Shown: in pieces, positions 37,300 to 45,101 of the stretch | Position numbering within the stretch: position 1 is the first letter of the stretch | How the letters are laid out: the number at the start of each line of letters is the position of its first letter | Assembly (NCBI GenBank): GCA_964590395.1 | Contig: CAZPVT010000021.1 | Location: 1,329 to 65,328, forward strand | DNA from: an uncultured bacterium | GTDB lineage: Bacteria; Hydrothermota; Tepidihabitantia; Tepidihabitantales; Tepidihabitantaceae | Length of the DNA stretch: 64,000 nucleotides | Reading direction: 5' to 3' | Notes under the pieces: generated by a model | What the model saw: the letters and a program-made list of their open reading frames with translations, nothing else | The model's database searches: none | What the model was told of the DNA's origin: nothing | Made by a program: the position numbers and the translations under genes

Positions 37300-38757
37300 T
37301 TATCCTTTAACTACTCCCAGCGGTTTCATCCGGGCTACTTTGCGCGCAATCCCGGCACGATGACAGACATCAACTACCTGGTCAACATCCTTATAGGCAT
37401 CCGGTACCTCTTCGTTTAAGACTTCCCGGCTTGCCGCCATTACCAGAATACCCTTTGCCCTCAATTCCGCTGCGACATCCCGACGTTTAGTCTCCTCCAG
37501 CGCCTTGGTTCTTGACCAGACCCTGCCCGCACCATGACAGGCAGAGCCGAAGGTCTGTTCCACAGCCGTGGTGGTTCCTAAAAGCAGGTAGGAACTCCTC
37601 CCCATATCGCCGGGGATAATCACGGGTTGACCGAGATGCCGGTATTTTTCCGGAAGGGCAGGATGGTTGGGAGGAAATGCCCTGGTCGCTCCTTTGCGAT
37701 GGACACAGAGTTTCATTCGCTTGCCGTTAATGGTGTGTTCTTCGATCTTGGCGATGTTGTGGGCAACATCGTAAACCTGAGTCATCTGCAGTTGTTCGAT
37801 CGGGATACCTAATACTTCAGAGAAGGCTTCACGTACCCAGTGGGTGATTGCTTGACGGTTTGCCCAGGCATAGTTGGCAGCGGCAACCATTGCCCCGAAA
37901 TATTTCTTTCCTTCTGAGGAATCAATCGGAGCACAGGCAAGTTGCCGGTCCACTAATTCGATGCCATATTTACGGGCCGCGGCGATGAGAGATTTCACAT
38001 TGTCGTCACAGATCTGGTAACCTAAACCGCGGGACCCGGTATGAATCATCACGGTAATCTGATGGAGATGAATGCCCAGTTCAGTTGCCGCCTGTTGATC
38101 ATAGATCTCCCCCACCTCCTGGATTTCCAAGAAATGATTTCCTGCACCCAGGGTGCCCAGTTGGGGCATACCCCTTTCCAGGGCGCGTTGCGAGACCCCG
38201 GAGAGATCAGCACCCGACATCTCGCCGTGCTCTTCAGTATATTCCAAGTCCTCCTCCGTTCCGTAACCCTGTTCCACTGCCCAGCGCGCGCCCATTGTCA
38301 GGACCTGGGTAACGGTTTCTTTAGAAATTCTGATTTTACCTTTTGAGCCCACACCGGAGGGTACATTATAAAATATAGCCCGAACAAGTTTTTCGAGTAG
38401 TTCCGGTTTTAAGTCCTGGCGCTCCAAACGGGTGCGTAACAGACGGACACCGCAGTTGATATCATAGCCCACCCCTCCCGGGGAAATAACACCGGTATTA
38501 GCGTCAAATGCAGCAACTCCCCCAATTGCAAATCCGTATCCCCAGTGGATATCAGGCATCGCAAGAGAGTGTTTGACAATTCCGGGCAGTGTGGCGACAT
38601 TGGCAACCTGTTCAGGTGCCTGGTCTGCTTTAATGTTCTCAATTAGATTGGCATCGGCATAGATAATACCGTCAACCCTCATTCCCGGCTTATAACTTTT
38701 CGGGATCAACAGCCGGGTGTCGTCGATCCTCTGTAGTGGCCCATTCCATCCTGCCAT
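37300..38757 (-). CDS. rtcB: RNA-splicing/repair ligase RtcB
   Basis: MPDIHWGYGF, GYDINCGVR, GNHFLE, HTGSRG, HRKGATR, HGAGR. Confidence 0.97.
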   Translation of the reverse strand: MAGWNGPLQRIDDTRLLIPKSYKPGMRVDGIIYADANLIENIKADQAPEQVANVATLPGIVKHSLAMPDIHWGYGFAIGGVAAFDANTGVISPGGVGYDINCGVRLLRTRLERQDLKPELLEKLVRAIFYNVPSGVGSKGKIRISKETVTQVLTMGARWAVEQGYGTEEDLEYTEEHGEMSGADLSGVSQRALERGMPQLGTLGAGNHFLEIQEVGEIYDQQAATELGIHLHQITVMIHTGSRGLGYQICDDNVKSLIAAARKYGIELVDRQLACAPIDSSEGKKYFGAMVAAANYAWANRQAITHWVREAFSEVLGIPIEQLQMTQVYDVAHNIAKIEEHTINGKRMKLCVHRKGATRAFPPNHPALPEKYRHLGQPVIIPGDMGRSSYLLLGTTTAVEQTFGSACHGAGRVWSRTKALEETKRRDVAAELRAKGILVMAASREVLNEEVPDAYKDVDQVVDVCHRAGIARKVARMKPLGVVKG

Positions 38758-38843
38758 AGATAGAATTATAGATAAAAGGTTGTCTCAGGTCAACAGGGCA
38801 AAAAGGTTATTAGTTCACATGATTGCCGGTTTATCCAGAGGTT

Positions 38844-40226
38844 TTATTGGCAAATAAGTAGTTTTTGCAAGCGATTTTTCTCCTTAATGAAATAAACACC
38901 CCTTTTTATGTTGGAATGGTCTGCATAAATCCGACGGCCGGTGACATCAAAGAGTGCTTTGTTATTACCAATAGTAAATCCTGTTGGTGGTTTTGATTGG
39001 GTTAACGGCAATGCCCGAGCAAAATATAGGCCGTTTGCCCAGGTTTGCCCATAATAACAGAACAGCGCACCGTTGGGTAAAGCCCGTGGACGTGCGCCGT
39101 TAAACAGCGCATTGGCGCGCTGGTCGTTCAGGCTGACTGGTGAGGACCAGGCTTGGGGAGCATAGGCACGGGCGTAGCGGTAATAAACCGATGTTTGACC
39201 TGCGGAAAACCGGTCCCCAGCGTTATATACCAGATATGACGACCCTTGGTCAGCAAAGATTGATGGCCACCATTCGTCGATGAAAATCTCCCCGAGAGTT
39301 ACCGGGGTGCTAAAAGAGTTGCCACCATCGGTAGAGAAGGAGGATACTAAGTCGAGCATTTCGGTGTCGCGCCGGGCGATGGTCCAGACAGCCCAGATTG
39401 GAGCACGCCAGGGTGGTGTAGTGTCCGCCTGGGCAACTTTGGGGTTAAAACATTTTTCACCGGTGGCGTAAAGGACCTGCAGTCCGGACCAGCGGGCTGG
39501 TGCACCGTAGTAGCGGTTCTGGGTATAATGGATTTCCCTGCTGTTTATGGCAAAACGCCAGATGCAGTGTAAAACCGAGTTAGCACCAAGAGAGAGATGC
39601 GGGTCAAAGGTGTTATAAAAATCCTGCTCCATTTCCCAGGTGATGCCGTAATCCAGGGAGCGGGTAAATCTGCCGTTGCGACCACTGCGGTGCTGATTAA
39701 TATACAGACAATAGAGGTAGTAATTCGGGCTGGGATCAAGCGCAACAGCGAATTGATCAACAGTATCCGGACCTACTGCCAGGGGTAGGTTTTGCCAGTT
39801 GCTCAGGTCAGGCTGAATCCTAAGCAGCCAGAGGTCACCACCGGCGTCCGGAGTCAGATAGAATACAAAAAGATATGCGGAGTCACCATAACCTTTTAGC
39901 AGTTCAACGGATTTAACCTGGGCAGGCAGAAGAATCCTCAGGGGTTCGCGCCAGTAGTTGCCACCATCTTCAGATTGGTATATTTTTAGCAGGCTTTCTG
40001 GCGTGCATACCGCGACATAAATTGTTCCGTTTTCATCGCTGGTTGCACCGAAGGCAAGGATAAAGCCCGAATCCACCTGAATATCGGTTCGGGAAGTGAT
40101 TGCCGGAGGGTTTTGTTCAGGAGATGGTTGGGCAGATTGGTTTAAAGAAGTAGAGACTGTAAGAGCCGGGCCGGAAAGGTAGCTTAAGAAAATGTATACC
40201 CGGAGCAAGAGAAATAAAGTAGTCAT
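38844..40226 (-). CDS. secreted BNR/Asp-box beta-propeller protein with short C-terminal sorting tail
   Basis: SEDGGNYW, SLDYGITW, STDGGNSF Asp-boxes; LFDVTGRR...GVYFI tail. Confidence 0.75.
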   Translation of the reverse strand: MTTLFLLLRVYIFLSYLSGPALTVSTSLNQSAQPSPEQNPPAITSRTDIQVDSGFILAFGATSDENGTIYVAVCTPESLLKIYQSEDGGNYWREPLRILLPAQVKSVELLKGYGDSAYLFVFYLTPDAGGDLWLLRIQPDLSNWQNLPLAVGPDTVDQFAVALDPSPNYYLYCLYINQHRSGRNGRFTRSLDYGITWEMEQDFYNTFDPHLSLGANSVLHCIWRFAINSREIHYTQNRYYGAPARWSGLQVLYATGEKCFNPKVAQADTTPPWRAPIWAVWTIARRDTEMLDLVSSFSTDGGNSFSTPVTLGEIFIDEWWPSIFADQGSSYLVYNAGDRFSAGQTSVYYRYARAYAPQAWSSPVSLNDQRANALFNGARPRALPNGALFCYYGQTWANGLYFARALPLTQSKPPTGFTIGNNKALFDVTGRRIYADHSNIKRGVYFIKEKNRLQKLLICQ

Positions 40227-40359
40227 TCTCTTTTTAAAAGTTAAATTAAAACTGGATAAATGTCAATTTATAGCAATCAGAGGTTTAGTTAATTAGCCGA
40301 AAATTTCAGCATTTGATTTTTCTTGCGTAGACTAATTCAGCAGATATAATAACATAAAG

Positions 40360-42000
40360 GTGCGTGCGATGCCTTACCAGGAGCAAAAGCCGGTTGTGCT
40401 GGTGGTTTATGATACCACCGAGAAATATTTTGCGTTGATTGAGGCGATAAAAAGATATGCACAGGGCAGGCTATGGAAGGAGTTCAAGTTTGAACACTGT
40501 GACTGTCTTAAGGCGGTTCAGAACTGGTATGCTCGTAACCGTGGTAAGTTTGTCTCCCTGCTGGTTATCGGTGTAGATTTTAGCAAGATCGACAACGAGC
40601 AAAAACTGGTTTCCTTTCCCTACGGTCTGCGTCCCGCGGGCGTCGAAGTCGACATTAGGTTCCTGCAGGGGTTCATCATTTATCATCATCTCCGTCATTT
40701 TGCCATTGAACGGATTGCGCCGGTAGTTTTTCATCTCAGCGGTACTGATCTGGCGATGCCCGAGCGTTTTGTCGATTTCATTCATTCCCCGGGATTGGGC
40801 AGTTGTGTTTTCGCTGGTATTTATCCTGAATGCAGTGATGAGATGATGGGCGGCGAGATTTTACAGAAGATCGAGCAATGTGCCCTGCGGCCGCTCAGTG
40901 ATGAAAAGCGAAGGTCCTGGCAGAAAACGCACAGTATGGTTGTTGGACGGTCGCGGCGGATGGCAGCGCTGGTTCAAGAGGTCGAGCGGCTGGCACCCAC
41001 TGATGCGATTGTTTTAATTATTGGGCCGCCAGGAGCGGGTAAAGAGCTGGTTGCCCGGGCATTACACCGGTTGAGTTTTCGCTTCTCAGCAACCGAGCCC
41101 AATCGGCAGGAACCGCTGGTGGTGAACATCCCTTCTTTGGAGAGAAATATTTGTCTTGATGAACTATTCGGTCACGAAGCCGGTGCGTTTACCGATGCTA
41201 AAACCGCACGGGCAGGTATCTTTGAAAGTGCTCGCGGGTCAACCGTTTTTCTCGACGAGATCGGGGAGATTGACCAGGAAATGCAGAAAAACTTGCTTCG
41301 GGTGATTGAATACCACCGGATTAAGCGCTTGGGCAGTTCTTATGAACGGGAGGTTGATGTCAGGGTAATTGCTGCCACCAATCGGCGAATTGAGGAGTTA
41401 CAGGAGCGGTTCCGCTTTGATTTCTATACCCGAATGGTTCAGCAGTGTCTCGCAGTTCCCTCACTGAGGGAACGGTGGGCAGATGAGGCTGAGGCGACTA
41501 TTGAGGCGGATGTGGCTGATTTTTTTGATTTCTTTATCAGCGAGATGAACCGAAACCCTTGGGTAAGTCAGAAAATCCAGCCGGACCGCAATGCGGTCAA
41601 ATTCCTTACCCAGATTGTGATCCAGCACATCCAAGATAAACGGCAAATATTTATCGGCAATGTCCGAAGTTTGCGCAGTGTCATTCAGCAGGCTTACGAA
41701 CGGGCACAGTACGAGAATACCAGGGTCGTGGGGGTGGGACAGATTGCTACCGCGGCCGCACAGTTTCAGTCACAAAGTACGGTGCCGGTCGGTGTCGCTG
41801 CTGGTGGTGCTCAGTTATCCGATACCACCATAGGGCTAAAGGGATTTGATATTGAAGGCATATTCGGTACGTTGAATTTAGCGGCGATTGAAAAGGCGGT
41901 CATTAAGGAGGCACTGGCAAAATGCCAAGGCAACCAGTCAAAAGCAGCCCAGATATTAGGCATTCATCGCGACACCCTAAGGAAGAAAATTAACCATTAA
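40360..42000 (+). CDS. sigma54-dependent transcriptional activator (bEBP) with unrecognised N-terminal sensor domain
   Basis: GPPGAGKE, ELFGHEAGAFTDA, FLDEIGE, RVIAATN, GNVRSL, Fis-type HTH GNQSKAAQILGIHRDTL. Confidence 0.93.
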   Translation: MRAMPYQEQKPVVLVVYDTTEKYFALIEAIKRYAQGRLWKEFKFEHCDCLKAVQNWYARNRGKFVSLLVIGVDFSKIDNEQKLVSFPYGLRPAGVEVDIRFLQGFIIYHHLRHFAIERIAPVVFHLSGTDLAMPERFVDFIHSPGLGSCVFAGIYPECSDEMMGGEILQKIEQCALRPLSDEKRRSWQKTHSMVVGRSRRMAALVQEVERLAPTDAIVLIIGPPGAGKELVARALHRLSFRFSATEPNRQEPLVVNIPSLERNICLDELFGHEAGAFTDAKTARAGIFESARGSTVFLDEIGEIDQEMQKNLLRVIEYHRIKRLGSSYEREVDVRVIAATNRRIEELQERFRFDFYTRMVQQCLAVPSLRERWADEAEATIEADVADFFDFFISEMNRNPWVSQKIQPDRNAVKFLTQIVIQHIQDKRQIFIGNVRSLRSVIQQAYERAQYENTRVVGVGQIATAAAQFQSQSTVPVGVAAGGAQLSDTTIGLKGFDIEGIFGTLNLAAIEKAVIKEALAKCQGNQSKAAQILGIHRDTLRKKINH

Positions 42001-42002
42001 AT

Positions 42003-42040
42003 TGCCGTATTTTTATGCTTTGTTGCCGTAAAAAACGGCA
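42003..42040. promoter_or_regulatory. tandem bEBP enhancer (UAS) sites
   Basis: TGCCGT-AAAAA-ACGGCA (42024-42040) plus a degenerate copy TGCCGT-ATTTT-TATGCT 21 bp upstream. Confidence 0.65.
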
Positions 42041-42137
42041 GTTGTATTTAGTGGATTGAAAACGGTGTTTTGATTGTTTGTGATATAATATGTTGATTTA
42101 GCGTATCTTATATTTTATTACCGTATAAAATGAGCAA

Positions 42138-42154
42138 TTGGCATAATTTTTGCA
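42138..42154 (+). promoter_or_regulatory. sigma54 -24/-12 promoter
   Basis: TTGGCATAATTTTTGCA with exact GG-N10-GC spacing; IHF consensus TAATATGTTGATT at 42086-42098. Confidence 0.85.
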
Positions 42155-42164
42155 TTTATATATA

Positions 42165-42295
42165 TCGGGACCGAGCCTTAATGAGGGAGGCTTATTTGAG
42201 GGGGAGGTGCCGCGCCGAAAACCCCTCCCTGCCTTAGACTTTTAGAGGGGAAAAAACATGACGCACCAGTGCTCACGGTGCGTCATGTTTCTTTA
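42165..42295 (+). ncRNA. candidate sigma54-dependent small RNA (~130 nt)
   Basis: Lies between the sigma54 promoter and an intrinsic terminator; internal hairpins; only an 18-codon ORF. Confidence 0.6.
42254..42295 (+). terminator. intrinsic terminator
   Basis: 14-bp stem AAACATGACGCACC/GGTGCGTCATGTTT ending in TTTCTTT. Confidence 0.8.
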
Positions 42296-42419
42296 TAAAT
42301 TTATTGAAGGTTTAACAATCGGTGGAAAGATGCGGAAAAAGTGGTTTTAAGGGAAAACGCGTCGTGGACGATAGTGAGTATTGTTGACATTGAAAGGAAG
42401 TTTTTTATGCTATGTTACT

Positions 42420-43784
42420 ATGAAACAGTTCCTTAAACAGGTTATTGACGGGCTGGCAGTTGATTATGCGGAGATCAGGGTTGAAGAAAACGAGAGAGTT
42501 CGGGTTGTCTATCGGGGTAAGGAAGTGGATGATGTTGGTAAAGCTTACGAAAGCGGTGGTTGTATTCGTGTCTTTTACCAAGGCAACTGGGCGGTAGGGA
42601 CATTTAACATTGTGGATGAAAGTATCAGGAATATTGCATTGGAACTGGCAAGTCAAGTACAGAAGTTGCCAAGGCGTGAAGGTGGGTTGATAAAATTGCC
42701 CGCATTCCACGAGACAGTTAAACTTGTTACCAGACACGACCCGCGCCACATTAGCATTGCGGAAAAGGAGGGACTGATTCGGCATTATAACCAGATTTTG
42801 CTTAATACCCGGGGTATCGTCAGCACGTTATGTGGTTATCAGGACAGTTATCGGAAAGTTTTCTGGTATTCAAGCGAGGACCGTTACATTGAACAGGAGT
42901 TTGGCTGGCTGGGTTTTTCCTGCCGAGCGATTGCCCGAGACGGAACCAATGTTCAGGATTACGGTGAATCGGTGGGTAAAACTTTGGGTTTTGAGGCGAT
43001 AACCGGTCGTGAAGAAATGGTCGAGAGGGTGGCGAAAATTGCGCTTGATTTGCTCAGGGCTGAGCCGGTTACTGCGGGCCGTTATACGGTAATCATTGAT
43101 CCGTTATTAGCCGGGGTTTTTGCCCATGAGGCGTTTGGTCATTTGAGTGAATCAGACCATATTGCGGAAAATGAGCGACTCAGATCGCTGATGCGCATTG
43201 GCACCAGATATGGGGTAGATGAGTTGACGATTGTTGATGACCCCACTTTGCCGTTGGAAAAAGGTAGTTACCGGTATGACGATGAAGGCGTGCCAGCACA
43301 GCGGACCGAGTTAATTCGCAATGGGTTAATCGCCCAGCATCTGCACAGCAGGCAGAGTGCTTATCTGATGGGCGAGAGTGTTACCGGCAATGCCCGGGCG
43401 ATATCTTATCGCTATGCACCGATTGTTCGGATGAGTAATACCTATATTGAACCCAGGAATCTGACGTTAGGTGAAATGCTTGAGGGGGTTGATGACGGAC
43501 TCTATGTTGTGGGCAGCCGGGGCGGAATGACCGAACTGGAGTCTTTCACCTTCTCCTCGCTTTATGCTTTTAAGATTGAGAAGGGGAAGCGAACAAAGAT
43601 GGTGCGTGATGTTACCATTTCTGGTAATGTGTTTGAGACCTTGAGGAATATCGATGGCATCGGTAGCGACCTGGTTATCTACGGTGGATTAGGGGGGTGC
43701 GGGAAAGCGGACCAAGCACCCCTGCCGGTAGCAACCGGGGCACCGCATCTACGGATCAGGAATGTGATCATCGGGGGGAGATGA
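42420..43784 (+). CDS. tldD: TldD metalloprotease
   Basis: HEAFGHLSE, YDDEGVP, GNARA, RMSNTY, CGK..Q.PLPV..G.P; start ATG 42420 after TTGACA-16-TATGCT. Confidence 0.92.
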   Translation: MKQFLKQVIDGLAVDYAEIRVEENERVRVVYRGKEVDDVGKAYESGGCIRVFYQGNWAVGTFNIVDESIRNIALELASQVQKLPRREGGLIKLPAFHETVKLVTRHDPRHISIAEKEGLIRHYNQILLNTRGIVSTLCGYQDSYRKVFWYSSEDRYIEQEFGWLGFSCRAIARDGTNVQDYGESVGKTLGFEAITGREEMVERVAKIALDLLRAEPVTAGRYTVIIDPLLAGVFAHEAFGHLSESDHIAENERLRSLMRIGTRYGVDELTIVDDPTLPLEKGSYRYDDEGVPAQRTELIRNGLIAQHLHSRQSAYLMGESVTGNARAISYRYAPIVRMSNTYIEPRNLTLGEMLEGVDDGLYVVGSRGGMTELESFTFSSLYAFKIEKGKRTKMVRDVTISGNVFETLRNIDGIGSDLVIYGGLGGCGKADQAPLPVATGAPHLRIRNVIIGGR

Positions 43785-45085
43785 TGAGGTATGATGTTAT
43801 CAATCTGATTCAGGGAAGGGTTGACCAGGCGGATGTTTTAGAACGGGAAGCGGATCAGACGATCGTTGAGTTTCGCCAAGGGAAACTTTACTCCTATGAG
43901 ACAAAGTTGATCCGGGGGTGCGGGGTCCGGGTCATCAAAAATGGTCGAAGTGGTTTTGCTTCCAGTACCAATCCGGAACGAATTGATGACTTGATCAACA
44001 CCGCACTGGAACTAGCAGATTTGGGACCAAAGGCCGGATTTCGGCTTCCACCGGCTGAAGAGCCGGCAGTGGTGCCAACATTTGAGAATAAAGTTATGCT
44101 TGTTACCGTGGAGCGGATGGTGGAATGGGGCAAGGATCTGATTGATGCCCTGAGTGCGCGCCTGCCCGAACTGAAGGTGGATATTAAAATTCATCGGACT
44201 TACAGTGAAACCAGTGTCGTCAATACCGAGGGGTTTGACGGGCATTTTGCCAAGGCGGAACTGGTGATGCTGGTAATCGGGCTTTTGGTTGATGATGGAA
44301 TTTTCTGGGTTTCCGATTTTGTGAATATGTCCAGCAGCCCGGTTTGGCAAATGGGGCAGATTCTGGAAAGAATTGAAAGTCTGGTTCGGATGGGCAAACG
44401 TCGGGCAACAGTCAGAACTGGTACTTATCCGGTGGTGGTGATGCCGACCGCACTGCCGGAGCTACTTTTTCCAATAGCGGTGGCGGTGAATGGCAAGCAG
44501 TTGGAAAAACGGACCTCGCCGCTAATCGGCAAGGAGAATATGTCAGTACTGAGCGATAAGATTACGCTGATTGATAATCGGTTACATCCTTACGGACTGG
44601 CTTCTGCGCCATTTGATGGAGAAGGGGTGAGGGCAAGAAAAAACGTTTTGTTTGAACGTGGGTTTTTTAAAGGGTTTGTGTTTGATACCGCCACCGCAGC
44701 AGTTTGTGGCCGAAGTTCGACCGGTTCAGCGGTACGGGACTATTTTAGTCTTCCCCAACCCGGCTTAAGCAATCTGGAGATGCTGCCGGGTGATGCGGAA
44801 CTGGGGGCGACGCTTAAAGGTATTAGTGAAGGTCTGCTGGTCTATGACGTTATCGGCGGTGGGCAGTCAAACTATCTGGCAGGCGAGGTATCGCTCAATG
44901 TCTCCTGTGGTTATAAAATTGAAAATGGAGTGGTTACTGGCAGGGTAAAGGATGTCGGCATTGCTGGTAATGTCTACGAGATGTTCCAACGGGTGGCGGC
45001 AGTTGGTTCGATGGTCAGGGATCTGGGCAGTAATTTCTTGCCCTTTGTTTTGTTTTCTGGACTCAAGGTCGCCAGCCGCGCGTAG
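43781..45085 (+). CDS. pmbA: TldE/PmbA protein
   Basis: PFDGEG, STGSA.R, GEVSLNV, IAGNVYEM; no HExxxH; coupled to tldD. Confidence 0.88.
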   Translation: MMRYDVINLIQGRVDQADVLEREADQTIVEFRQGKLYSYETKLIRGCGVRVIKNGRSGFASSTNPERIDDLINTALELADLGPKAGFRLPPAEEPAVVPTFENKVMLVTVERMVEWGKDLIDALSARLPELKVDIKIHRTYSETSVVNTEGFDGHFAKAELVMLVIGLLVDDGIFWVSDFVNMSSSPVWQMGQILERIESLVRMGKRRATVRTGTYPVVVMPTALPELLFPIAVAVNGKQLEKRTSPLIGKENMSVLSDKITLIDNRLHPYGLASAPFDGEGVRARKNVLFERGFFKGFVFDTATAAVCGRSSTGSAVRDYFSLPQPGLSNLEMLPGDAELGATLKGISEGLLVYDVIGGGQSNYLAGEVSLNVSCGYKIENGVVTGRVKDVGIAGNVYEMFQRVAAVGSMVRDLGSNFLPFVLFSGLKVASRA

Positions 45086-45101
45086 TTGATGATTCGGTAA
45101 T

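Noticed and set aside
37300-42000. bEBP as RtcR regulating rtcB
   Set aside because: rtcB has a sigma70 leaderless promoter and no -24/-12 element; no rtcA is present; the only sigma54 promoter found lies downstream of the bEBP.
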